A stretch of 64,000 bases of DNA from an uncultured Alphaproteobacteria bacterium (GCA_963794655.1 CAWCEV010000007.1:15708-79707), one strand, 5' to 3'. Numbered from the stretch's first letter, positions 10,266-18,231 are shown. Notes: generated by a model from the sequence alone, not told the origin. Numbers and translations are program-made.

Positions 10266-12200
10266 TCATCCTTCCGGTACTCCCGCCTTGCGCATGCCTC
10301 CCTCCAGAAATTCGCCCTGCGGTCCGCCGCTGAGAAAGCGACGGATCGAGAAGCCCGGATCGAGCGCCAGCCCGGCTTTGGCCTCGGCCTGCGCCTCTTC
10401 CAGTTTTCCAAGGTTCGCCAGCGTTGCGGCAAGGAAGAAATGGGTAAGCGGGTTGGTTCGATTATTCTCGATCGAGCGGCGATACAATGCGACTGCCTCC
10501 TCTTCGGCGCCCAAGTTCATCTTTGCGGCGCCTGCGAAGTGCAGCCAGAGCCAGGCGAAACTGTCGCGCGGAGAGAGACGCAAAGCTTCGTTTTCATGGG
10601 TTCCGGTTTCTTCGGGGTGACCGACGAATATCTTGGCGAGACCAATGAACCCGTGGGCAGTGGCCAAGTTCGGATCGAGCGCCAAGGCTCGCTCGAATTC
10701 GGCGACGCCCTGGTCCGCGCGCTTGGTCTCGATCAGGATGCCGCCCATGATCTCGTGGGCCAGAGCATCATTTGGCCTTAGAGAAAGCACCTTAGCGATC
10801 GCGGTTTCGGCCGCTGCGAGCCGGGCTTCCCTGTCGTCCGACAGTAAGGCTGCGCCCACCGAATAATCGACCCGTCCCACTCCGAGCAGCGCGTCGAGGT
10901 TGTTGGGATCGAGCGCCAGGGCGCGTTCAAAATAGCCGCGTGCGTGCGTCATATTCTCGATGTTGATACCCTTGTTGAGCGCGGCCAGTCCTTGAAAGAA
11001 GAGGTCCATGGAATCGGGATTCGATGCTCGTTCGGCCCGATGCGCCTCGGCCGACGTCAGTTCCGTCCCCAGTTGGTTGGCGAGGCGGGCGACGATCTCG
11101 TCCTGCATTTCGAAGAGATCCGCCAGAGGCTTGTCGAAGCGTTCGGCCCAGAGATGCTTGCCGCTTTCAGCGTCAATGAGTTGGACGTTGACGCGCATGC
11201 GGCTGGCGTCGCGCTGGACAGACCCTTCAAGCACATAGCGGACCCCGAGTTCCTTGCCGATTTCCCGAGTATCGAGATTCTTGCCCTTGAACGTGAAGGC
11301 GGTATTGCGGGCGATAACGAAGGAGCCGCCGAGACGCGACAGGTCGGTGGTCAAGTTCTCTGTAAGTCCGTCGGCGAAATAGTCTTGGCTCTGGTCGTTG
11401 GAGAGATTGGCGAACGGCAGCACAACGATGGACAGATGCTTGGCTTCAGCAGGCGTCGTTGGGTTCGAAGCAACCGGCGCGGGCGCTGTTCTCTCGACAA
11501 GAGTCGGCCGGTAGTTTCCGAGGAGCCACCACGCCCCGCACGCCAGAACGATCAGCAAAACCGCGACACCCGCGGCGAGCCGCGCCAGCGGGGAGCGCAT
11601 TTTTGGCGCGACGAGTCCTGACGGCACGGGTTTCGCCTCGGCAGGGACGCCCACTTGCAGCGAATAGACCCGGATCGATCTTTCGATGTTTTTGAGCTGG
11701 GTCGGGCCGAGATCGGTGACTTCCATGTCGAGCCTGCCGATGACCTGACGATAGGCGTCCTCAGAGAGACAGATCGCGCCTGGCGCGGCCACCCCCTCGA
11801 GTCGGGCGGCGATATTGACCCCGTCACCCATCAGATCGCCGTCAGCCTCCTCAACAACATCACCGAGGTGGATGCCGATACGAAATTCGATGCGTTGCTC
11901 CGGTGGCAGCCCGGAATTGCGCCCAATCATGCCTTGCTGGATTTCGACGGCGCAGCGCACGGCGTCGACGACGCTACGGAACTCGACGAGCGCGCCATCG
12001 CCAGTCAGCTTAACGGTGCGGCCATGATGCAGGGCGATGGTCGGGTCGGTGAGGTCGCCGCGCAAAGCCCGGAGCCGCGCTAGCGTCCGGTCCTCATCGG
12101 CCCCGGCGAGTCGGCTGTAGCCGACCACGTCGGCGACCGGGATCGCAGCGATCTTGCGCGTCTCGCCCACGGCGAACCTCTCCGCCTGGAAGACTAGCAT
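10266..12200 (-). CDS. class III adenylate/guanylate cyclase with TM segment and TPR repeats (tandem paralogue)
   Basis: 644 aa, colinear with 8073..10043 and highly similar along the whole length (same cyclase motifs; same C-terminal ...KAGVPEG). Confidence 0.9.
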   Translation of the reverse strand: MLVFQAERFAVGETRKIAAIPVADVVGYSRLAGADEDRTLARLRALRGDLTDPTIALHHGRTVKLTGDGALVEFRSVVDAVRCAVEIQQGMIGRNSGLPPEQRIEFRIGIHLGDVVEEADGDLMGDGVNIAARLEGVAAPGAICLSEDAYRQVIGRLDMEVTDLGPTQLKNIERSIRVYSLQVGVPAEAKPVPSGLVAPKMRSPLARLAAGVAVLLIVLACGAWWLLGNYRPTLVERTAPAPVASNPTTPAEAKHLSIVVLPFANLSNDQSQDYFADGLTENLTTDLSRLGGSFVIARNTAFTFKGKNLDTREIGKELGVRYVLEGSVQRDASRMRVNVQLIDAESGKHLWAERFDKPLADLFEMQDEIVARLANQLGTELTSAEAHRAERASNPDSMDLFFQGLAALNKGINIENMTHARGYFERALALDPNNLDALLGVGRVDYSVGAALLSDDREARLAAAETAIAKVLSLRPNDALAHEIMGGILIETKRADQGVAEFERALALDPNLATAHGFIGLAKIFVGHPEETGTHENEALRLSPRDSFAWLWLHFAGAAKMNLGAEEEAVALYRRSIENNRTNPLTHFFLAATLANLGKLEEAQAEAKAGLALDPGFSIRRFLSGGPQGEFLEGGMRKAGVPEG

Positions 12201-12209
12201 GAAAGACTC

Positions 12210-12229
12210 GAATGACCGCTAATTGCGCA
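12210..12229 (+). repeat. dispersed repeat, box 1 copy
   Basis: GAATGACCGCTAATTGCGCA, 9 nt upstream (on the minus strand) of the cyclase-2 ATG. Confidence 0.55.
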
Positions 12230-12383
12230 TTGCTGCCGTCTACTGGGTCGTCATTGCGCGGATAGCAGACGACAGGAGCGCGGCTCGCTATCGCGTGCTT
12301 TCAATGCCGCCGCCCGCGGCGTCAGCATCGACTGTGACGTCGATCACAGCCGCAAATACCAATCGACGCCAGAAGTTCCGCTG

Positions 12384-12719
12384 GTGCGGGCCGCTGGCGA
12401 GAGTCTCATGAGGTTCATGCGAGTCGCCCTGCCGAGCCACGACATCGCCGGTCGGATCATTCCATGCTTCATCGACGCCGGTCTTCCCGAACCCCGGGTT
12501 TTATGGGAGTCGATCGTCCCGGGCTCCGACATCACCCACTTGCGCTGGTTCATTTCGACCTACACAACGTTCCTGCCGCTCATGGAGCGGTTCGGCACGG
12601 TCGATCCCGGGGTCGGCGATCCCAAGACTCTGTTTGATCGGATTGTCGCGGCTGCGACTGCGGTTCGCGCACAAGGTGTGACCCCGCCCTACGTCAGCGC
12701 CTGGTCGGTCCGGAACTAG
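12384..12719 (+). pseudogene. possible C-terminal fragment of a methyltransferase-like gene
   Basis: The 111-aa ORF has a protein-like composition but no recognisable N-terminal domain and a GTG start, and is wedged between repeat copies. Assignment is weak. Confidence 0.3.
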
Positions 12720-12734
12720 CCACCCTGTCGGCGC

Positions 12735-12796
12735 GTGACCGCTATTGCGCATTCCGGCCGGCTGGAGTCGGTAGAGTCGAAGTGTGGCGCGGTGAC
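12735..12796 (+). repeat. dispersed repeat copy (box 1 + degenerate box 2) abutting the intron 3' side
   Basis: GTGACCGCTATTGCGCA at 12735..12751; GGCTGGAGTCG is shared with the 10151 copy; GTGACGTTAGGCC resembles box 2. Confidence 0.5.
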
Positions 12797-13505
12797 GTTA
12801 GGCCGAGCATGTCTGTTTCCGCCCCTTTCGTCTGGCGGTGCCTTAGTGGCTCAACCGTAGCTCCGTTTCCACACCCCGCTCATCGAACCGGACATGCGGA
12901 TTTCCCGCATCCGGCTCTCGGACAAGACCTCACGCCGTCTATCGCGTGCGACGCCGTCGGCGACTTCTGAACATCATGCGGAGTTGATAGGTTTCCCAAT
13001 CTCCATGTCCTTCGCCACGTGCTGCGTCTGTCTTGAACTGAGGCCCCTTCCCTCCGCCGCAGTTACCCGGTTTCCGCGGTACTACGAACCTCTCCGCCAC
13101 CCCAGAGCGCCCAGCCTGTCCCTCACGGGCGTCCGGTTGGTCCTGTCATCCCTGACCTGACCACGCTTTGGGGCTTCCCGTGTTGCGCGCGCTTTCCTTG
13201 TGTACGTGCTGCCGCCACTACCCCGGTGCAGCGGCTGGGCGTCGTCCTCGCTCATCTCACCCAGCCTTAACAGCCTTCCCCGATAACGTTGTCGGGTCGG
13301 CCTGCACATCGTCCTTTTCGAGGCCTGCTCAGCGTTCACTCGCGTTGCGGCCCGCACACTCGCGCGGTCACCTATACGTGACCTGCTACACCGAAGGCTT
13401 CAGCCACTTCGTTACCTCCATGGCTGCTCCGGTTGCTTCCGGCTGGAGCGGTCGCCGGGTGGGGCTTGCACCCACTGGAAAGCGCCGCCTTGTCACGGCG
13501 CACAC
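12797..13505 (-). mobile_element. ORF-less group II intron
   Basis: On the minus strand it starts GTGTGCGCCGTGACAAGG... at 13505 (GUGCG at 13503) and carries a canonical domain V at 12917..12885. At the domain IV position only a 10-codon stub remains (AAGGACATGGAG..., MEIGKPINSA*), and no reverse-transcriptase ORF is present in any frame. The 3' end is uncertain: 12797 (..GGCCTAAC, from repeat alignment) or about 12838 (..CTAAGGCAC). Confidence 0.75.
12885..12917 (-). ncRNA. group II intron domain V
   Basis: GAGCCGGAUGCGGGAAAUCCGCAUGUCCGGUUC, compared with the consensus GAGCCGUAUGCGAUGAAAGUCGCACGUACGGUUC. The AGC triad, the 2-nt bulge and the GAAA loop are all present. Confidence 0.85.
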
Positions 13506-13560
13506 GTTTAGCGGACATCCCGGATCGTTGCCGCGAACGCCCCGGACAATCAGAAGGGCT
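13506..13560 (+). repeat. dispersed repeat fragment (box 2 + tail) abutting the intron 5' side
   Basis: GTTTAGCGGACATCCCGGATCGTTGCCGCGAACG...AGAAGGGC aligns with 7896..7940 (GACAT-3nt-GGATCG-3nt-CCG.G.ACG...AGGGC). Confidence 0.45.
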
Positions 13561-13645
13561 AATGCTCGCGATCGGCCAGCGAAGCTAGGGCCGTGCGCCG
13601 CGACTCCGCGACTCCGGCATTGGAGGGTCGCTCTGGCCCTGAGGG

Positions 13646-14764
13646 TTATGACTCTGAAGGTCGAAGACGCGCGAGGAGTCCGGCGAGTTCGGCTTGGCGG
13701 CGGGTGTTCGTCTTGGCAAACACGGCTTTCAACTGGGTGCGGGCGGTCTCTCGGCTCACTCCCACTGAAGCCGCAGCCGAGTCGATCCCGACGCCCGAGG
13801 CCAGTCTTGTGGCCAGTTTGGCCTCGGCGGCTGTCAGCCCAAAGGCGGCGCACAAATTTTTCGAACTGGGCCTCAGCGGCGACCTCAGATCGGTCAGGAG
13901 AAGGATCAGGCGGCCGGGATTGAACAAATCGCTGCCGAACGCCGTGACCGGCATCGCCTCGACCAAGAGCCACGGCGCTTCGTCCCGGTCGACGACGATT
14001 GGCGGATAGGACTGGGCTGCGCCGGGCGAGATATGCAAGGCCGTCGAAACCAGCTGCTGCAATCGGCGATTGCTGGCTGGGTCATGGGCCGCAGGACGAC
14101 CCCGGACCAGGTAGAAGTCGGCGCCAAGCAGATCTTGCGCGGGCAGATTCATCTGGGCTGCGCGGCCGGTCGCGTCGAGAATGACGGCGGCGGAGCTGAC
14201 TCGCTCCAGCGCTGAAAGCTTCGAGGCGGTGTCGAAAGCCGCAAACTTCTGGGCCAGACTGACGATTTTGGCGAGATAGGGACCGACCTTGCCGACGCGT
14301 GTCGCGTCTTCCGGCGTAAACGGGTCGTCTCCGCGGTAGAAGCCCATGCACCAGTCGCCGCCGTCGACTGAGAAAAACGAGGCCGCGAACCACTCCCGCT
14401 TCTCCGGTCGCGCCGTCTCAAGAAAGAAGGGCAGCGTACGGCGCTCTTCCTCCGTCGAGAGGTCGTGCTCCAGGGCTGAGGTCTGACCCGCCCGTATGAA
14501 CGATGTGCAACGCTCAAGGTACCGCCCGATATGCGGGTCTGGAGCATGACCCTGGTTGCGGACCCAGCGGTCAAAAAACGCCTCGTGTCCCACGGACATC
14601 GGCGCCGGCGCGGGCGAGTTGTCGCGATCGTGCTCGAAGAAAGTGCTGCTGGCGCCGCCGAACAATTCAGCGAGCGATTGCAGCGCCGCGCCCCATCGCG
14701 CCGGCGACAGGATCGCATCGTGGCAAGCCTCGAGAGCGCGCTCCGTTCGCGCTGACAGAAGCAT
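13646..14764 (-). CDS. LuxR-family transcriptional regulator
   Basis: 372 aa with a C-terminal GerE-type HTH (FGLTAAEAKLATRLASGVGIDSAAASVGVSRETARTQLKAVFAKTNTRRQAEL) and an N-terminal sensor-like domain. Confidence 0.85.
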   Translation of the reverse strand: MLLSARTERALEACHDAILSPARWGAALQSLAELFGGASSTFFEHDRDNSPAPAPMSVGHEAFFDRWVRNQGHAPDPHIGRYLERCTSFIRAGQTSALEHDLSTEEERRTLPFFLETARPEKREWFAASFFSVDGGDWCMGFYRGDDPFTPEDATRVGKVGPYLAKIVSLAQKFAAFDTASKLSALERVSSAAVILDATGRAAQMNLPAQDLLGADFYLVRGRPAAHDPASNRRLQQLVSTALHISPGAAQSYPPIVVDRDEAPWLLVEAMPVTAFGSDLFNPGRLILLLTDLRSPLRPSSKNLCAAFGLTAAEAKLATRLASGVGIDSAAASVGVSRETARTQLKAVFAKTNTRRQAELAGLLARLRPSES

Positions 14765-14839
14765 GGCGGCTACTCCGCGAAAACCCGGAGGTTAGCCCTC
14801 CGCTCGGCGAAAGGATAGGGCCGCGCCAATCCAAGTTAC

Positions 14840-14855
14840 TCACCCGTTCGGGTGA
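14840..14855 (+). promoter_or_regulatory. palindrome TCACCC-GTTC-GGGTGA, candidate operator (copy 1)
   Basis: Perfect 6-bp arms in the luxR/YHS divergent intergenic region. It heads a ~75-nt leader conserved in three copies. Confidence 0.35.
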
Positions 14856-14917
14856 TGTGCATGGCGGCCGAGCGCGGCAGCGTCGGCACCGTCATTGCGA
14901 GCCGAGAGGAGCTGAAA

Positions 14918-15184
14918 ATGACGATGACCAGGAAGATATTGATTGCGCTATCCCTTACTACGTTCGCGTCGCCCGCGTTCGCTGATACGACGCCGAGACT
15001 GGCGATTGGCGGCGTGGACATCGTTGCTTATCTCGCCAAGGGAAAGCCGGTCCCAGGGACGCTCGAAAACCAGACTGTCTGGCGAGACGCGCGCTGGCAA
15101 TTCGCCAACAAGGAGGACCTCGATCTCTTCGTCGCCAACCCGGAAAAATATGCGCCCCACTATGATATGCATGGGGCGTATTAG
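14918..15184 (+). pseudogene. YHS-domain periplasmic protein, truncated copy
   Basis: MTMTRKILIALSLTTFASPAFADTTPRLAIGGVDIVAYLAKGKPVPG... parallels 15942..16400 up to ...YAPHYDMH. About 8 nt covering the conserved HCAMG Cys codon are then missing and the frame ends at TAG. Confidence 0.7.
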
Positions 15185-15232
15185 GACGACAAGCGTCCAG
15201 CGTTCCTTGCAGGCCGATCCACAAAATCTGGC

Positions 15233-15248
15233 TCAACCGTTCGGGTGA
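15233..15248 (+). promoter_or_regulatory. palindrome TCAACC-GTTC-GGGTGA (copy 2, one arm mismatch)
   Basis: Second copy of the leader (15229..~15310), with no intact gene downstream. Confidence 0.3.
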
Positions 15249-15284
15249 CGTGCATGGCGCCTGGGCGTGACAGCGTCCGCGCCG

Positions 15285-15533
15285 CTATTGCGACCCGAGG
15301 AGCAAAGAGATGGGCAGGACCGGCTTTGGGCAAAGACGGCCTCGCTCCACAATCCAAATTTGCTCGCTGTTTGGATGTGAATGTCTTGCCGAGATGGATC
15401 CTGGCTCCATCGTCACACGCGTGATGGTGACCACAGCCTCAGGTGCGTTTTTCGGCCACACGATCTGAACTGAGCGAACGCCAAGCTTTTCCAGTGTCGC
15501 AAAGTCCACGGCAGAGAGACGCTGGATACTCAT
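15285..15533 (-). pseudogene. cupin-domain protein, 3'-truncated
   Basis: MSIQRLSAVDFATLEKLGVRSVQIVWPKNAPEAVVTITRVTMEPGSISARHSHPNSEQIWIVERG then runs into the leader repeat; the second cupin motif is missing. Confidence 0.55.
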
Positions 15534-15540
15534 ATTTATG

Positions 15541-15693
15541 TCAGCCGTTATTAGGACTTCGCTTTTCGCTCCGACAGGCGATGGCGGCGTTTTCGACGTC
15601 GTAGTCGTAGAGCGACTTGCGGAAGGTCGCAGAATTCGCGATTTCGCGATCGCGTTGCTCGAGGGCGCGCTCAGTTCTTTCAGACAGAGACAT
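15541..15693 (-). CDS. 50-aa ORF derived from a duplicated luxR 5' end
   Basis: MSLSERTERALEQRD... compared with the LuxR start MLLSARTERALEAC.... The upstream GGCGGCTNCTCCG...GATAGGGCCGC is also shared with 14765..14825. Probably not functional. Confidence 0.35.
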   Translation of the reverse strand: MSLSERTERALEQRDREIANSATFRKSLYDYDVENAAIACRSEKRSPNNG

Positions 15694-15865
15694 GGCGGCT
15701 GCTCCGGCCACAACGGAAGCCGGGGGTGAGATAGGGCCGCACAGCAACTACAACTGACTCAGACCCTGTTGCACAGTTGCACAGACGCCTACAACAGGCA
15801 CGGAAGTGCTGGACGATCGCGCTTGGTCTTGGGGTTCGCCGCGAGCGGATCGGCTGAAGCCGATT

Positions 15866-15881
15866 TCACCCGTTTGGGTGA
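15866..15881 (+). promoter_or_regulatory. palindrome TCACCC-GTTT-GGGTGA (copy 3)
   Basis: 61 nt upstream of the intact YHS gene ATG (15942). Confidence 0.35.
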
Positions 15882-15941
15882 TGCGCATATCCGGCGAGCG
15901 TGACAGCTTCGGCACGCAACCTAACAATTCAGGGGCGAGAC

Positions 15942-16400
15942 ATGCGTGCAACCACTGCATTAACACTCACTATGTTCGCTTTGCCTGCCTTTGCTGATAC
16001 TGCCCCAAGCATGGACGGAATGCCGCGACTGGCGATTGGCGGTTATGATACCGTCGCTTATTTCACCGTCGGTAAGGCAGTCCCTGGTAGTCTTGATTAT
16101 CAGACTGTCTGGCATGACGCGCGTTGGCAATTCGCTAACAAGCAGGATCTCGATCTCTTCCTCGCGAATCCAGAAAAATATGCGGCTCAATATGATGGTC
16201 ATTGCGCCATGGGCGTCTCATACGAAAACGGCCACAAGGATACCGTCGATCCTAAGGCTTTCACCATCGTTAACGGTAAGCTGTATGTGAACCATACGAA
16301 ATATTGGACCAACGAGTGGCGTAAGAATGAAGCTGAAAACATCAGCCGCGCCGACAAAAATTGGGTGACCGTGAAGGACACCCCGGAGCCAACAAAATAA
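15942..16400 (+). CDS. YHS-domain periplasmic protein
   Basis: Signal peptide MRATTALTLTMFALPAFA, then ...AIGGYDTVAYFTVGKAVPG...WQFANKQDLDLFLANPEKYAAQYDGHCAMGVSYENG... Confidence 0.85.
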   Translation: MRATTALTLTMFALPAFADTAPSMDGMPRLAIGGYDTVAYFTVGKAVPGSLDYQTVWHDARWQFANKQDLDLFLANPEKYAAQYDGHCAMGVSYENGHKDTVDPKAFTIVNGKLYVNHTKYWTNEWRKNEAENISRADKNWVTVKDTPEPTK

Positions 16401-16410
16401 GTAGCAAAAA

Positions 16411-16434
16411 AAGGCGCTGAAACGCGCCTTTTTC
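16411..16434 (+). terminator. rho-independent terminator (bidirectional shape)
   Basis: A-run, then AAGGCGC-TGAAAC-GCGCCTT, then TTTT, 11 nt after the stop at 16400. Confidence 0.7.
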
Positions 16435-16519
16435 GCCACGTCGAGGTGACATTCAACCGGTCGGGACGGAAAGAACTCTAGGAGACCGTCCGGTTCGGTC
16501 ACTCGCGGAACCGTTAGGG

Positions 16520-16539
16520 GAATGACCGATATTTGCGCA
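16520..16539 (+). repeat. dispersed repeat, box 1 copy
   Basis: GAATGACCGATATTTGCGCA, directly at the 5' breakpoint of the truncated cyclase/TPR remnant. Confidence 0.55.
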
Positions 16540-16559
16540 AAGGGGACCCAAGACTCGCT

Positions 16560-16869
16560 GCCGCGATAATCTTGTCGGGTCGAAGCGCCCCATTCCAGAC
16601 CGCTGCCAGGATGCCTATTGTGGCCTGCGGTCGATCGAAGCGAACCGAAATTTCCCGCTTGCTCATTTTACCTTGTCCGTCGCCCTTGCGCAGGTTGGTC
16701 GACCGGACGAGGCGCGTTCCGCGGTCAAGGCCGGTCTCGCGCTCAACCCGACCTTTACTATTCCCGCGCCCGAGCCACCTACACACCAGTGAGCGACGAC
16801 CCGACGTATCTAGCGCAGACTGAGGCCGTTCTCGAGGGCTTCCGCACGGCCGGGGTTCCTGACGAATGA
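16560..16869 (+). pseudogene. 3' remnant of a third cyclase/TPR paralogue (frameshifted)
   Basis: LRSIEANRNFPLAHFTLSVALAQVGRPDEARSAVKAGLALNPTFTI aligns with FRRSIEDNRTFPLEHFFLAAMLANRGDEEEARSEVMAGLALDPGFTI of cyclase 1. After a frameshift it ends ...EAVLEGFRTAGVPDE* (compare ...MNKAGVPEG*). Confidence 0.7.
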
Positions 16870-17176
16870 CCGCGACCGCCTCCTGGAAGGGCAGCTTTTG
16901 CACGCGCTCCGGTCGTTCCTGAGGGGACCAGTTTACGGGCGATATAAGTTCAAGCGGCCGGGTCTGATTTAACCAGCACCATCTTAGGCTTGCGATCCCC
17001 ATCGCTCTCGAAATGCAGGCTATCCGCGACCGCCCGCTCTGCGACGGTTTCGATTGTCTCTTGATCCGCGTTTGTTGGGGTTTGCGCGAGCGGCCCGTCA
17101 CTGACATCAGGCAAACTAGATGTTTAGTCCCGGGCTTTGATGGAGCATCCTTGTCGAGTGATTCGAAGGATGCGCT

Positions 17177-17244
17177 ATGGGCCAGGTTCTTCATGGGTGC
17201 GCCACGACGACAGAGGCGATCCGTCGAGCGATACAACATAGTCA
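17177..17244 (+). pseudogene. IS481-family transposase, piece 1 of 3
   Basis: MGQVLHGCATTTEAIRRAIQHS + CA; continues at 21209 as (Q)ESLRALAKRHG. Confidence 0.75.
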
Positions 17245-17508
17245 TGTCTGGACGGCGCTCGCAGATCAAGGGGTTCGTTGCCGTTAAGCGAAGTTCGCGG
17301 GTGCGGTCATGTCTCCGGCCTTTTGGTGCGGGACGTGGCCCGCTGGCCCTGATGGTTTCCGCTGGTTCGTTTGCCTGATCAAGAGAACGAGCTTGACGCT
17401 CCGACTATGCTGCAGGCTTCACGAACCCAATGCTTCGCGTCTTTCGCATCACGACGTGGTCACCCTCGATATCGACCTAACTGGCAGCCGGCGGTGGGGC
17501 GATGGCGG

Positions 17509-18116
17509 TCAGGTCATGGCACGCGCGTAGATAGAGCCATCGCGCATGAGGGCGAAGGCGATCCTTGCCAGCTTGTTCGCCATCGCCACAGCGACCAGTT
17601 TGAATGGCTTGGTTTCCACGAGCTTCGCTGCCCATGTTCTGAGTGCATCCTGATGGGACCTTCGGTGGAAGAGGACCGCGTGGGCGCCTACGACCAATAG
17701 CTTTCGGAGATAGCGATTCCCCATTTTCGACACCCGTCCAAGGCGCTCTTTGCCCCCGGACGAGTTCTGTCTCGGCGCTAGTCCGAGGAACGCCGCGAAC
17801 TCCCGTGGGCCCGAGAATACGCCGACATCCTGGATAGTTGCTGCAATAGCTGAGGCCGTTATCGGACCAATTCCGGGAACGCTCATCAGACGCCGGGCTG
17901 TCTGATCCGTCCTTGCCAGCTCCAGGATGGCGCGGTCGATCGCAGCGATCTCATCGTCGAGCGTCTGCAGCTGACGGATAATCGGCGCGAGGGCGTCTCG
18001 CACGCAAAGCGGAATGGAACTATCGCCCTCCAAAATGGCTGCAGCCAATGCGTAGGCGCCATTCGGTCCCTGAGCGGCAATAACGCCGACCTCCGCCAGA
18101 TGACCGCGCAACGCAT
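17509..18116 (-). pseudogene. IS110-family transposase, C-terminal part
   Basis: ...NALRGHLAEVGVIAAQG...RRLMSVPGIGPITASAIAATIQDVGVFSGPREFAAFLGLAPRQNSSGGKERLGRVSKMGNRYLRKLL... Joined to 20685..21117 it gives 1041 nt = 347 codons. Confidence 0.85.
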
Positions 18117-18124
18117 TGAGGAGC
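18117..18124 (+). repeat. 8-bp target site duplication of IS66 (TGAGGAGC), left copy
   Basis: Identical octamer at 20685..20692, immediately outside the IS66 ends. Confidence 0.85.
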
Positions 18125-18231
18125 GTATCCCACCGGCGAGGGCCGCCTAGCGAAAGCGGGGCGAGCGGCGGTAGTGCGATGATGTGGACGCGGCGATCGT
18201 GTCCACTAATCGATAATGGACACTATCGCAG

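Noticed and set aside
12782-13973. Track ORFs 12782..12970, 12894..13160, 13082..13357, 13168..13923 and 13386..13973 as protein genes
   Set aside because: They cover the group II intron RNA and the antisense of the LuxR gene. For example, [12 protein letters not shown] is simply domain V read in the wrong sense. No start context or protein family is evident.
15160-15184. Stop codon of the short YHS copy as a possible selenocysteine or read-through site (some YHS-family proteins are selenoproteins)
   Set aside because: The stop is TAG, not TGA. Alignment with the intact paralogue shows ~8 nt deleted across the HCAMG codons and a shifted frame. No SECIS-like hairpin was seen.
16514-17269. 251-aa minus-strand ORF
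   Set aside because: It spans the cyclase remnant, an intergenic stretch and the IS481 5' end. The composition is low-complexity and no motif is recognisable. The + strand explains the sequence better.
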